A stretch of 64,000 bases of DNA from Angustibacter luteus (lineage in GTDB: Bacteria > Actinomycetota > Actinomycetes > Actinomycetales > Angustibacteraceae): contig NZ_BAABFP010000002.1 of assembly GCF_039541115.1 (NCBI RefSeq), forward strand, positions 496,001-560,000, in the 5' to 3' direction. Below are positions 1-8,745 of this stretch, piece after piece. Position 1 is the stretch's first letter; each line of letters starts with the position of its first letter. Under the pieces are notes generated by a model, which searched no databases, had not been told where the DNA came from, and saw nothing but the letters and a program-made list of their open reading frames with translations. The position numbers were made by a program, and so were the translations under genes.

Positions 1-503
1 TACTTCGCGAGCGTCTCGTCGTAGGTGACGCTGGTCGGCCCGTTGAAGAACTGGAAGGGGCTACCGAGCTTGGAGATCGCCGGGGACTGACCGGAGGTGA
101 TCGACGGCACCTTCGCGGCCTTCAGGATCGGATTCATCGCCAGCGTGACGGCACTCTCCGCGGTGCCGATCATCGCCGTGTACCCACCGGCCGTGACCTT
201 GCTGGCGATGGAGGTGCCGGTCGTCGGGTCGCCCTGGTCGTCGAAGACTGTCAGCTCGACCTTGCGGCCGTCGAGACCCCCGGCCTCGTTGAACTCGTTG
301 ACAGCCAGCTTGGCGCCCTTGAGCTCCCATGCCCCCAGGGAGCTGAGCTGACCACTCTGGGCGTCAACCAGCGCGAACTTGATGGGTCCGCTGTCGGAAC
401 CGCCGGACGCCTCGTCCGAGCCTGGTGCACTGCAGGCGCCACTTGCGACGAGCAGGAGCGCGCTCGCGGCGACTGCCAGCACCGTCTTCGTCGACGGGAT
501 CAT
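1..503 (-). CDS. ABC transporter substrate-binding lipoprotein, LivK/branched-chain amino acid family (3' end runs off window)
   Basis: Own translation: MIPSTKTVLAVAASALLLVASGAC (lipobox) ...GPIKFALVDAQSGQLSSLG...GAKLAVNEFNEAGGLDGRKVELTVFDDQGDP; open to the window edge. Confidence 0.85.
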   Translation of the reverse strand, partial: MIPSTKTVLAVAASALLLVASGACSAPGSDEASGGSDSGPIKFALVDAQSGQLSSLGAWELKGAKLAVNEFNEAGGLDGRKVELTVFDDQGDPTTGTSIASKVTAGGYTAMIGTAESAVTLAMNPILKAAKVPSITSGQSPAISKLGSPFQFFNGPTSVTYDETLAK

Positions 504-542
504 GTCGTGTGACCTCACTTCGTTGGGTGGAGTGATGCGCCG

Positions 543-2324
543 TCAGGCGAATCGACCGTGGTAGATGTCCTTGATGTTCCAGTGCCCGGGGGTGGGCACA
601 GGCTCGTTGACCATCGCGACGTCGATGACTGCCGTCCGACGGTTGGCCACTGCGGAGCGCAGGGCCTCGGCGAACTCGTCCGCCGACTGGGGCAGGTACC
701 CGTCCGCACCGCAGGACCGAGCCAAGGCGGCGAAGTCGGGACTGTAGGAGTTGCCGTCCTGGTCGCGGAACTCGCAACCGAAACTCGCGCCGAAGTTCGA
801 GGCCTGCAGGTCGGCGATCGTGCCGTGCGCGCGGTTGTTCATGACCACGAAGAGGACCGGCAGTCCCTGCTCGACGGCCATGGGCAGAGCCGGCAGCTGG
901 GCGCTCATCCCACCGTCCCCGATCAGCGCGACCACGACCTTGTCGGGGGCCGCAACCTGCACCCCGACCGCAGCGGCCGGCCCGAAGCCCATGGTGGACA
1001 GGCCGCCAGGGGTGATGAAGCGTCCCGCAGGGGGCAGGTCGTAGCACTGGGCCACACCGTTCTTGTTCCACCCCACATCGGTCACCAGGATGGCGTCCTC
1101 GGGCAGCGCGTCACGCAGGTCACGCAGGATCCGTTCAGGGCGGAGCGGGAAGGCATCGCTGCCCCCTCGTTCGCGACTCGCGTCGAAGAGCTCGTCGCGG
1201 ACGGCGACGATGCGGCTGCGAAGTCCCGGCCGGGACCGCGGAGCTGGACTGGCCTGCCGCACCGCCTGCAGCACTGCGCCAACCGTCTGGGTGGCGTCGG
1301 CGACGACACCCATCTCGACGGGGTAGTTGCGGCCGATCTCCGAGGGATCCAGGTCCACCTGGATGAGCCGTCCGGGCGGCAGCCCCCACGTGTACCGACC
1401 GTCCCAGGAACTGGCGTCGGTCTCGGCGAATCGTGTCCCGAAGGCGAGGACGACGTCTGCCTCGCGGGTGTAGTCGTTGGTCATCTCCAAGCCCCAGAAC
1501 CCGGTCATGCCCATCAGCAGGGGATGCCGGTCAGGAACGGTTCCCTTGGCCATGAGCGAATGCGCGATGGGGATGTCCAGGTGCTCGGCCAACTCGATCA
1601 CGGCCTCACGGCCAGCGGGGGTCCGCAGTCCGCCGCCGATGTAGATCAGCGGACGTTCGGCCTCCAGCAACGTCGCAGCGACTCGCGCAGCATCGCGCTC
1701 GCCGATGGAGGGGGTCGAGGTTTGACCAACCAGCGGGAAGTCCGCTTCGCGGCCGGCCGGCAGTGGGCGGGAGAACATGTCCATGGGTACGTTCAGCAGC
1801 ACTGCCCCGGGGCGCCCGGACGTCGCGGTCCAGAAGGCGCGCTCGGTGAAGCGCGGGAGGTCCTCGACACGCTTGATGTCCCAGACCCGCTTCACGAACG
1901 GTCGGTAGATCGCTCCCTGGTCGGCGTCGTCGTGGAGGTTCACCTCCTGGTGCGGGTGTCGTCCGGCGTAGTAGGACGGGACGTCCCCAGCGATGGCGAT
2001 GAGGGGCACCGAGTCGAAGGCTGCGGTCGCCACGCCGGTGACACCGTTCATCATCCCGGGCCCTGCGTGCATGAGAACCACACCAGGCTTGCCACTGACC
2101 CGGGCGTAGCCGTCGGCGGCGTGCGCGGCCGCCTGTTCGTGCCTGGCGATCACGAAGGTGATCGAGCTGCGCCCTACGGCGTCGAGGAACGCGATGTTGC
2201 TGTGTCCGCAGGTGCCGAAGATGTACGCGACTCCATAGCTCTCGAGCTGACTCACGAGGGCCTCGGCGGCGGTCGGCTGGTCCCTGGCGGAGACGCGGGC
2301 GTCAGCGGTCTGGAAGGTCGTCAT
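543..2324 (-). CDS. Thiamine-diphosphate-dependent enzyme (acetolactate synthase-like superfamily)
   Basis: RHEQAAAHAADGYAR, GPG, ThDP motif GDGG...NN; start MTTFQ after GAAAGG SD. Confidence 0.9.
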   Translation of the reverse strand: MTTFQTADARVSARDQPTAAEALVSQLESYGVAYIFGTCGHSNIAFLDAVGRSSITFVIARHEQAAAHAADGYARVSGKPGVVLMHAGPGMMNGVTGVATAAFDSVPLIAIAGDVPSYYAGRHPHQEVNLHDDADQGAIYRPFVKRVWDIKRVEDLPRFTERAFWTATSGRPGAVLLNVPMDMFSRPLPAGREADFPLVGQTSTPSIGERDAARVAATLLEAERPLIYIGGGLRTPAGREAVIELAEHLDIPIAHSLMAKGTVPDRHPLLMGMTGFWGLEMTNDYTREADVVLAFGTRFAETDASSWDGRYTWGLPPGRLIQVDLDPSEIGRNYPVEMGVVADATQTVGAVLQAVRQASPAPRSRPGLRSRIVAVRDELFDASRERGGSDAFPLRPERILRDLRDALPEDAILVTDVGWNKNGVAQCYDLPPAGRFITPGGLSTMGFGPAAAVGVQVAAPDKVVVALIGDGGMSAQLPALPMAVEQGLPVLFVVMNNRAHGTIADLQASNFGASFGCEFRDQDGNSYSPDFAALARSCGADGYLPQSADEFAEALRSAVANRRTAVIDVAMVNEPVPTPGHWNIKDIYHGRFA

Positions 2325-2367
2325 CGCTGCCTTTCGAGGGTCGCGGAGCAGAGGTCGGCGGTGTCGG

Positions 2368-3846
2368 TCATTCCTCACCCCAGATCGTCATGTCACGCAC
2401 GAGCAGGGTCTTGACCGACGTGTAGTCCTCGATCATGTGAGCTGGGGACTCGCGGCCGAAGCCGGAATCCTTCACCCCTCCGAAGGGCACGTGGTCGAGC
2501 CGGAAGTTGGACGAGCCGTTGACGACCACCGCGCCGACCTGGAGGTCCCTCCACGCCTGCGTCATACGGTCCAGGCGCTGGGTGAAGAGTCCGGCCTGCA
2601 GTCCGTAGCGGCTGCGGTTGCACTGCTCGATGACATCGTCGAAGGCCTCGAACCGCAGCACGACCACGACCGCGCCGAAGGCCTCGTTGGTCACCAAGGT
2701 CGCGTCCGGGCTCGGGTCGGCGACCACCGTGGGGGTCAGGGTGGCACCGTCGCGGTCGCCACCACAGACCAGGCGGGCACCGTCCCGCACGGCGGCGTTG
2801 ATCCATGCTTCGACGCGGCTGGCGGCCTGGTCGTCGACCATCGAGCCGATGTCGGTTCCTGGTTTGCTGGGGTCGCCCACAGTGAGCTGGGCGACCTCCT
2901 TGCCCATGAGATCGACGAACTCGTCGAACACCGAGGAGTGGACGTAGACACGTTGGACCGAGATGCAGCTCTGACCGGAGTTGGAGTAGCCGGTCCGGGT
3001 GCAGATTCGAGCGGCGCGAGCCACGTCGGCGTCGTCGCAGACGATGGTCGCCGCGTTCCCGCCGAGCTCGAGGACCAGGCGTTTGGCACCCGCAGCGCGG
3101 GCAACTGCCGCGCCCGTCTCGGCGCTGCCGGTGAAGCTGATGACGGCGACCTCAGGGGCGGCGCAAAGCCGTGCCCCGAGGTCGCCACCACCATGCAGCA
3201 GCTGCACGGCCTCAGCCGGCACCCCTGCCTCGACGAGCAGGGCGACGATGGCCGCCGTCACGGCCGGCGCCTGCGGCGGTGACTTGACCAGCGTGGTGTT
3301 GCCCGCTGCGAACGAGGCGCCGAGCTTGTGCGCCAACAGGTTCGCCGGGGCATTGAAGGGGGTGATCGCCAGAGCCACGCCCAGTGGCGCGCGGAAGGTC
3401 ATGGCGAGGTTCCCCACGCCCACCTGCCAGCCGGCCACTGGCAGGACGTCGCCGCCGATCTGCCGAGCCTCGTGGGCACAGATGGCGAAGGTGTCAGCGA
3501 CGCGGTCGACCTCCTTGCCGCCGTCCGAGATCGGCTTGCCCAGCTCCCGGGCGATCACGTGTGCCAGTCGGTCGCGATGGTGGTGAGCGAGCCGGCTGGC
3601 GCTCTCGAGCGCCTCCGCGCGGTGCGCGGGAGACATCGCGGCAACCCTTGCTGCGCCCGACGTCGTGGCGGCCAGTGCCGCGTCGATCTCCTCGTCGGTC
3701 GGCGTCCACGCGCGGGTGACGGTCTCGCGCAGCCAGGGGCCGACGCGCTCGAAGGGTTCACCTGCACGGCTCCATCGGCCGGCGATGAAGGAGGGCGCCT
3801 CCATGAGCTGCCCACGCCCGGCGGCGTCGAGGATGTCGTCCAGCAC
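2368..3846 (-). CDS. Aldehyde dehydrogenase family protein
   Basis: PFN, FTGS, LELGGN, catalytic Cys in GQSCIS, EAFG, PFGGVKDSGFGRE; GTG start after AAAGGGG (alternative ATG 3804). Confidence 0.92.
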   Translation of the reverse strand: MLDDILDAAGRGQLMEAPSFIAGRWSRAGEPFERVGPWLRETVTRAWTPTDEEIDAALAATTSGAARVAAMSPAHRAEALESASRLAHHHRDRLAHVIARELGKPISDGGKEVDRVADTFAICAHEARQIGGDVLPVAGWQVGVGNLAMTFRAPLGVALAITPFNAPANLLAHKLGASFAAGNTTLVKSPPQAPAVTAAIVALLVEAGVPAEAVQLLHGGGDLGARLCAAPEVAVISFTGSAETGAAVARAAGAKRLVLELGGNAATIVCDDADVARAARICTRTGYSNSGQSCISVQRVYVHSSVFDEFVDLMGKEVAQLTVGDPSKPGTDIGSMVDDQAASRVEAWINAAVRDGARLVCGGDRDGATLTPTVVADPSPDATLVTNEAFGAVVVVLRFEAFDDVIEQCNRSRYGLQAGLFTQRLDRMTQAWRDLQVGAVVVNGSSNFRLDHVPFGGVKDSGFGRESPAHMIEDYTSVKTLLVRDMTIWGEE

Positions 3847-3861
3847 GATGCCCCTTTGGTA

Positions 3862-3897
3862 AACCACTAGTCGGCTCGTATAGACCACTGTGTGGTC
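3862..3897. promoter_or_regulatory. Putative IclR operator pair in divergent intergenic region
   Basis: 15-bp palindrome GACCAC-TGT-GTGGTC (3883-3897) and a degenerate copy AACCACTAGTCGGCT 21 bp away (3862-3876). Confidence 0.55.
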
Positions 3898-4035
3898 CTC
3901 GTGTAAGTTACGGCGTGGCCGGGCAACTGGCAAGGGTTACCGGCCGATGAACCTCCGCCGACAGCCTGACAATGGCAGTCTGAGCCCATACCAAGGCGTT
4001 GCCGTCAGGTGAGTCTGCCCCAGAGAGGATCACGA

Positions 4036-4818
4036 ATGTCCGTTACGGCAGAGGAAAAGCTGTCGAAGGCCGATGTGGGCGGCGTCCGCAGCGTGCAACG
4101 AGCTGTGGAGATCCTCGCCCTGCTCAGCGAGGATCGGACCACCGTCACGGTCTCCGAGATCGTCGCCGAGACCGGCTTGGCCAAGACCACTGTGGTACGG
4201 ATGCTCCACACGTTGGAACAGAACGGCCTGCTCTGGAGCACGGGCCATGGCGTCACCGCCGGGCCAGGTCTGTGGCGGTGGGCGTACCTGGCGAAGCGGG
4301 GCTGGGAGCTGCCATCGCAGTTCCGGGCGATGATGCGCGACCTCTCCCTGGAGACCAAGGAGACGGTGAACCTGTACGTCACGCGCGACGTCCAGCGGGT
4401 CTGCATCGCCCAGCAGCAGAGCAGCCAGACCCTTCGGCACGTCGTGCACGTCGGCGACGAGCTGCCGTTGTGGGCGGGCGCCTCGTCCAAGGTGCTGCTG
4501 CAGGACGCCACCGAGAGTCTGTTGGAACGGGTCGCAAGCTTGTCACCCGAAGGGCCAGAACGACTGGATCGCCTTCGTGACGGCATCGCTCGCGCGCGAG
4601 AGGCCGGTTACGCGGTCAGCCACGGCGAGCGCGAGGTCGGGGTCTCGGCTGTGGCCGTCCCCGTGGTCTCCCGGTCAGGGCACGTCGACTCTGCCCTGGC
4701 GATCAGCGGCCCCACCGCCAGATTCAGGGACGACCGGGTCGACAGCTTCGTGGCCCAGCTCAAGAGCGTCTCGGCACAGATGACCACCAGAGGATTCACC
4801 CACCCGTTCGAGGCGTGA
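4036..4818 (+). CDS. IclR family transcriptional regulator
   Basis: VRSVQRAVEIL HTH start, ETVNL, GASSKVLL, GYAVSHGERE..VSAVAVP, ALAISGP. Confidence 0.95.
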   Translation: MSVTAEEKLSKADVGGVRSVQRAVEILALLSEDRTTVTVSEIVAETGLAKTTVVRMLHTLEQNGLLWSTGHGVTAGPGLWRWAYLAKRGWELPSQFRAMMRDLSLETKETVNLYVTRDVQRVCIAQQQSSQTLRHVVHVGDELPLWAGASSKVLLQDATESLLERVASLSPEGPERLDRLRDGIARAREAGYAVSHGEREVGVSAVAVPVVSRSGHVDSALAISGPTARFRDDRVDSFVAQLKSVSAQMTTRGFTHPFEA

Positions 4819-4866
4819 GATCGCGGACGCGTACGTGAGGCGGCATCGCCGCGGAAAGAGGCATGA

Positions 4867-6069
4867 GTGGAACAGCTACCGCTTGCAGGGGTGCGAGTGC
4901 TCGACCTCACCAATGTCCTCGCCGGGCCCTACTGCAGCTTCCAGCTCAGCTTGATGGGGGCCGAGGTCGTCAAGATCGAGAAGCCGGGGTCCGGAGACCT
5001 GGCTCGCCATCTCGGGCCCGATCCCGAGCTCAACGACCGAGGGATCGGCACGTCGTTCCTCGCCCAGAACGCCGGCAAGAAGTCGGTGGAGCTCGACCTG
5101 AAGGACCCCGACGGACGGGCTGCCTTCGAGGACCTGGTTCGAGGCGCCGACGTGCTGTTGGAGAACTACCGGGCCGGGGTGCTAGCCAGACTGGGCTACG
5201 ACTGGGACGTCCTTCACCGACTCAACGACCAGCTCGTCTACTGCGCCATCAGCGGCTTTGGCCAGACCGGTCCGGGGAGCCAAGCCCCCGCCTACGACCA
5301 GGTCGTGCAGGGCCTGTCCGGGATGATGAGCATCACGGGGACCGCTGAGACCGCACCGCTGCGGGTGGGCTTCCCGGTCTGCGACAGCATCGGCGGCCTC
5401 ATGGCCGCCTTCGCGATCAGCAGTGCCCTGGTGGGCCGGGCGCACGGCGGCGGGGGTTCCTTCCTCGACCTGTCGATGCTCGAGGCGTCCATGTCCGCCA
5501 TGGGCTGGGCCGTTTCCAGCTACCTGATCAGCGGCGTGGAGACGGTCGCCATGGGCGACCAGAACGCCACGGCTGCGCCGTCCGGCACGTTCCATGCCGC
5601 TGACGGGCCGCTCAACATCGCCGCCAACCGGCAGTCACAGTTCGAGACCCTCTGCCGACTCATCGGGCGCGAGGACCTGGTCGACGACCCGAAGTTCCTG
5701 ACCCGCGACCTTCGCAAGGTGCACCGGTTCGAGCTCAACCAGGAGATCGACGAGGCGCTGGCGGGGCGCTCAGCACTCGTGTGGGAGAAGGAGTTGTCCG
5801 CTGCCGGAGTGCCCGCAGCCCGCATCCTGACCGTGGCACAGGCAGTCGAGTCCGAGCAGCTGCACCACCGCCGTTTCTTCCATGACGTGCCCTTTCCCGG
5901 CGGCGAGGACCGCATGGTACGCACCAGCGGCAACGGGGTGCACCTCGACGGCCGGCCGCTGCGTCCGCAAGGCCCTCCCCCGACGTTGGGTCAGCACAAC
6001 GACGAGCTCGACGAGCTGCGCCGAGCCAGCCAGGCCCGTTCGCAGCTCCGCCGAGGCGGCGCTGCGTGA
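4867..6069 (+). CDS. Family III CoA-transferase (CaiB/BaiF)
   Basis: PLAGVRVLDL, AGP, GAEVVKIE, NAGKKS, ENYR, ISGFGQTGP, YD catalytic Asp, PPTLGQH. Confidence 0.93.
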   Translation: MEQLPLAGVRVLDLTNVLAGPYCSFQLSLMGAEVVKIEKPGSGDLARHLGPDPELNDRGIGTSFLAQNAGKKSVELDLKDPDGRAAFEDLVRGADVLLENYRAGVLARLGYDWDVLHRLNDQLVYCAISGFGQTGPGSQAPAYDQVVQGLSGMMSITGTAETAPLRVGFPVCDSIGGLMAAFAISSALVGRAHGGGGSFLDLSMLEASMSAMGWAVSSYLISGVETVAMGDQNATAAPSGTFHAADGPLNIAANRQSQFETLCRLIGREDLVDDPKFLTRDLRKVHRFELNQEIDEALAGRSALVWEKELSAAGVPAARILTVAQAVESEQLHHRRFFHDVPFPGGEDRMVRTSGNGVHLDGRPLRPQGPPPTLGQHNDELDELRRASQARSQLRRGGAA

Positions 6070-6905
6070 GTCCCGGCCGGTACCCGGAGCCGACCGTCGA
6101 CGGCGTCGCCGACTGGTGGACGACGTCCGTGACCCGGATAGCACCGGGCGAGGTCGAGCACCGGGGTGTTCCGGTGCAGGACCTGATCGGTACCACTGAC
6201 CTGGTCAGTGCCATGTGGTTCCTGGTTCGCGGGGACCAACCCTCCCCCGGTGAGGCGCGACTGCTTGAGGCGGCGCTGGTGGCGTCGATGGACCACGGAC
6301 CGCAGGCGCCATCCATCGCCATCGCCCGGATGGCCATGACCTGCGGGGTGGGTATCAACAACGCGATGGCCTCGGCGGTCAACACGCTGGGCGACAGCCA
6401 CGGCGGCGCCGGTCAGCAGTGCGTCGAGCTGTTGAACGATGTGGTGGCCGGGTCCGCTTCGGCCGGGTCGCTGCGGGAGGCCGCGGACGTCGTCCTGACC
6501 CGCTGGCGCAGCCGCTCCCCTTACATCCCCGGGTTCGGTCACCGGTTCCACCCACGTGATCCTCGCCGAGATCCGCTGTTGGGTCTGGTCGCCAAGGCTA
6601 AGGCCGAGGGAACGGTGGACGGCGCGCACCTGGCTGCGGCCCTGGAGGTCGAGTCCCTGCTTGCCGAAGGACGCGAACGACCGATCCCCATGAACATCGA
6701 CGGCGCCACCGCGGTGATCTACGCCGAACTCGGGTTCGAGCCCGAGCTGAGCCGCGGCTTCTTCGTGCTCAGCCGCAGCGTCGGCATCCTCGCGCACGCG
6801 TGGGAGGAGCGACAGGGCGGGCGCCGCAACAAGGGCCCGATCCCGCCGTCGATCCTGCCGACCTATCGCGCGCCAGCACCCACCGAGCGAACGGGGGACG
6901 CCTGA
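6066..6905 (+). CDS. Citryl-CoA lyase / citrate synthase-like protein
   Basis: Citrate-synthase motifs DHG, HGGA, GFGHRFH..DPR, PMNIDG; GTGA overlap with upstream gene. Confidence 0.88.
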   Translation: MSPGRYPEPTVDGVADWWTTSVTRIAPGEVEHRGVPVQDLIGTTDLVSAMWFLVRGDQPSPGEARLLEAALVASMDHGPQAPSIAIARMAMTCGVGINNAMASAVNTLGDSHGGAGQQCVELLNDVVAGSASAGSLREAADVVLTRWRSRSPYIPGFGHRFHPRDPRRDPLLGLVAKAKAEGTVDGAHLAAALEVESLLAEGRERPIPMNIDGATAVIYAELGFEPELSRGFFVLSRSVGILAHAWEERQGGRRNKGPIPPSILPTYRAPAPTERTGDA

Positions 6906-6906
6906 C

Positions 6907-7362
6907 ATGCGGATCGGCGTCCTGCACGGGTCGAACCTGAACCGGCTCGGGCGACGCAACCCGGCCAAGTACGGGACTCACACCCTTGTGGACGTTGCTG
7001 CCAGCATCGACGACACCGGTGCCCGGCTGGGATTCGAGGCCCGGCACGTCCAGTCCAACCACGAGGGCGTGCTCGTCGACTGGGTCCACACCGAGATGGA
7101 CGACCTGGACGCGGTCGTGGTCAACCCGGCGGGCTTCACGTCGGTCGGCTACCCCCTACTGGACGCCATCGTCGACACGGCACTGCCGTTCGCCGTCGTG
7201 CACATCTCACCTTGGTTCGCGATGGACGGCCGCAACCGAGCCGACATCTTCGCGCCGCTGGCCACGACCTACGTCACCGGTGCCGGCTGGCACGGGTACC
7301 GGCTAGCCTGCGAAGCCCTGTTCCACCATGTGCAGGACGCCGCGGCGGTGCGGCCGCGATGA
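6907..7362 (+). CDS. Type II 3-dehydroquinate dehydratase-like protein (divergent)
   Basis: HGSNLNRLGRRNPAKYG, QSNHEG, VVNPAG, VHIS; several canonical residues substituted. Confidence 0.8.
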   Translation: MRIGVLHGSNLNRLGRRNPAKYGTHTLVDVAASIDDTGARLGFEARHVQSNHEGVLVDWVHTEMDDLDAVVVNPAGFTSVGYPLLDAIVDTALPFAVVHISPWFAMDGRNRADIFAPLATTYVTGAGWHGYRLACEALFHHVQDAAAVRPR

Positions 7363-8729
7363 CGCCGCGGTACGACGCGGTCGTGGCGGGGGCCGGGCTG
7401 GCCGGACTGACCGCTGCGGTCACCCTGGCCGAGCACGACCTCGACGTCCTGTTGCTGGAGAAGCAAGCCGAGGTCGGGGGCAGCACGGTGATGAGCGGCG
7501 GCTGGTTCGCCTGGTCGGACACCGAGGACCAGCATCGGCTCGGCATCGCTGACAGTGACGCGATCTTCCTGGAGGATCTGCGGCGCACCGGCGGCGGCCA
7601 CGCGGACGAGTCCCTGCTGCACGCCTACGTGGAGCTGCAGCGAGAGGCCGACCACTGGTCCCGCAGCCGGCTCGACACCACCTACGACGTCGTCAAGCTC
7701 AGTGCCGGGCAGAGCGTGCCACGCAGCCACCATGCCGACATCAGGCCGATGATGGGGCGCCTGCTCGACCTCGCCGCCGCGTCCCCGCGCGTGCACCTGC
7801 AGACAGACACGGCCGTGACGAGGCTGGAGCGGAACGACGCGGGTACGGTCGCCGGCGTCGAGGCCAACGGTCCGTCCGGCAGAACTCGGCACGACGGTCT
7901 GGCCGGTGTGGTGCTGGCGACAGGAGGCTTCAGCCGGTCTCGGGACCTGCTCACGCTCTTCGCGCCAGCCCAGCTGGCCGCAATCCCACACGGCGGACTC
8001 GGCAGCACTGGGGACGGCCTGAGGCTCGGCTGGCGACTGGGGGCTGACCTACGCGATGTCGGCTGGGTCTCGGGCACTTTCGGGTCCCACCCCGACACCA
8101 CGGATGACGAGCACGAGCTGCTCACTGCCTTCTACCTTGGCGCGATCATCGTCAACCGGGATGGCCAGCGGTTCGTGGACGAGTCACTGACCTACAAGGA
8201 AATCGGCCAGGCGTGCCTCGGCCAGCCCGGCGGGCTGGGTTTCGAAGTCTTCGACCAGCGCGTGCGAGATCGTTCGCAGCCTGGCGTTCCGCTGTCGGAC
8301 ATCGGGTACCTGCAGGACAAGGGGCACGTGCTTCAGGCGCCGACCCTCGCCGCGCTCGCGCAGGAGGTCGGAATCGAGCCAGACGGTCTGGCCGGCACGG
8401 TGGCCCGATACAACGCCGCGATCGGCTCACGTGAGGACGACCAGGGGCGCGACTCGTTGTGCAACGGCGTGGGCGCGCTCGACCCCATCGACGTCGCACC
8501 CTTCTACGGGTACCCGGCGCGGACGTTGATGACCTCCACGTACGGCGGGCTGCGGGTCACTCCTTCCACCGAGGTGCTGGACGTCGACGGGGAGGTGATC
8601 GCCGGACTGCACGCGGTGGGTGAGGTGAGCGGTGGCTTCCACGGCGCGTCGTACCTGACCGGGACGGCACTGGGCAAGGCGCTCGTCTTCGGCCGGAGGG
8701 CGGCCCACCAGATCGCGACGGCACCATGA
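7359..8729 (+). CDS. FAD-dependent oxidoreductase, flavocytochrome c/TcuA/KstD-like (FAD_binding_2)
   Basis: GAGLAG, EK..GGST..SGG, LATGGF, TGDG, GGL, GLHAVGE; ATGA overlap with previous gene. Confidence 0.85.
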   Translation: MTPRYDAVVAGAGLAGLTAAVTLAEHDLDVLLLEKQAEVGGSTVMSGGWFAWSDTEDQHRLGIADSDAIFLEDLRRTGGGHADESLLHAYVELQREADHWSRSRLDTTYDVVKLSAGQSVPRSHHADIRPMMGRLLDLAAASPRVHLQTDTAVTRLERNDAGTVAGVEANGPSGRTRHDGLAGVVLATGGFSRSRDLLTLFAPAQLAAIPHGGLGSTGDGLRLGWRLGADLRDVGWVSGTFGSHPDTTDDEHELLTAFYLGAIIVNRDGQRFVDESLTYKEIGQACLGQPGGLGFEVFDQRVRDRSQPGVPLSDIGYLQDKGHVLQAPTLAALAQEVGIEPDGLAGTVARYNAAIGSREDDQGRDSLCNGVGALDPIDVAPFYGYPARTLMTSTYGGLRVTPSTEVLDVDGEVIAGLHAVGEVSGGFHGASYLTGTALGKALVFGRRAAHQIATAP

Positions 8730-8745
8730 CCTGGACGGAGCAGCG

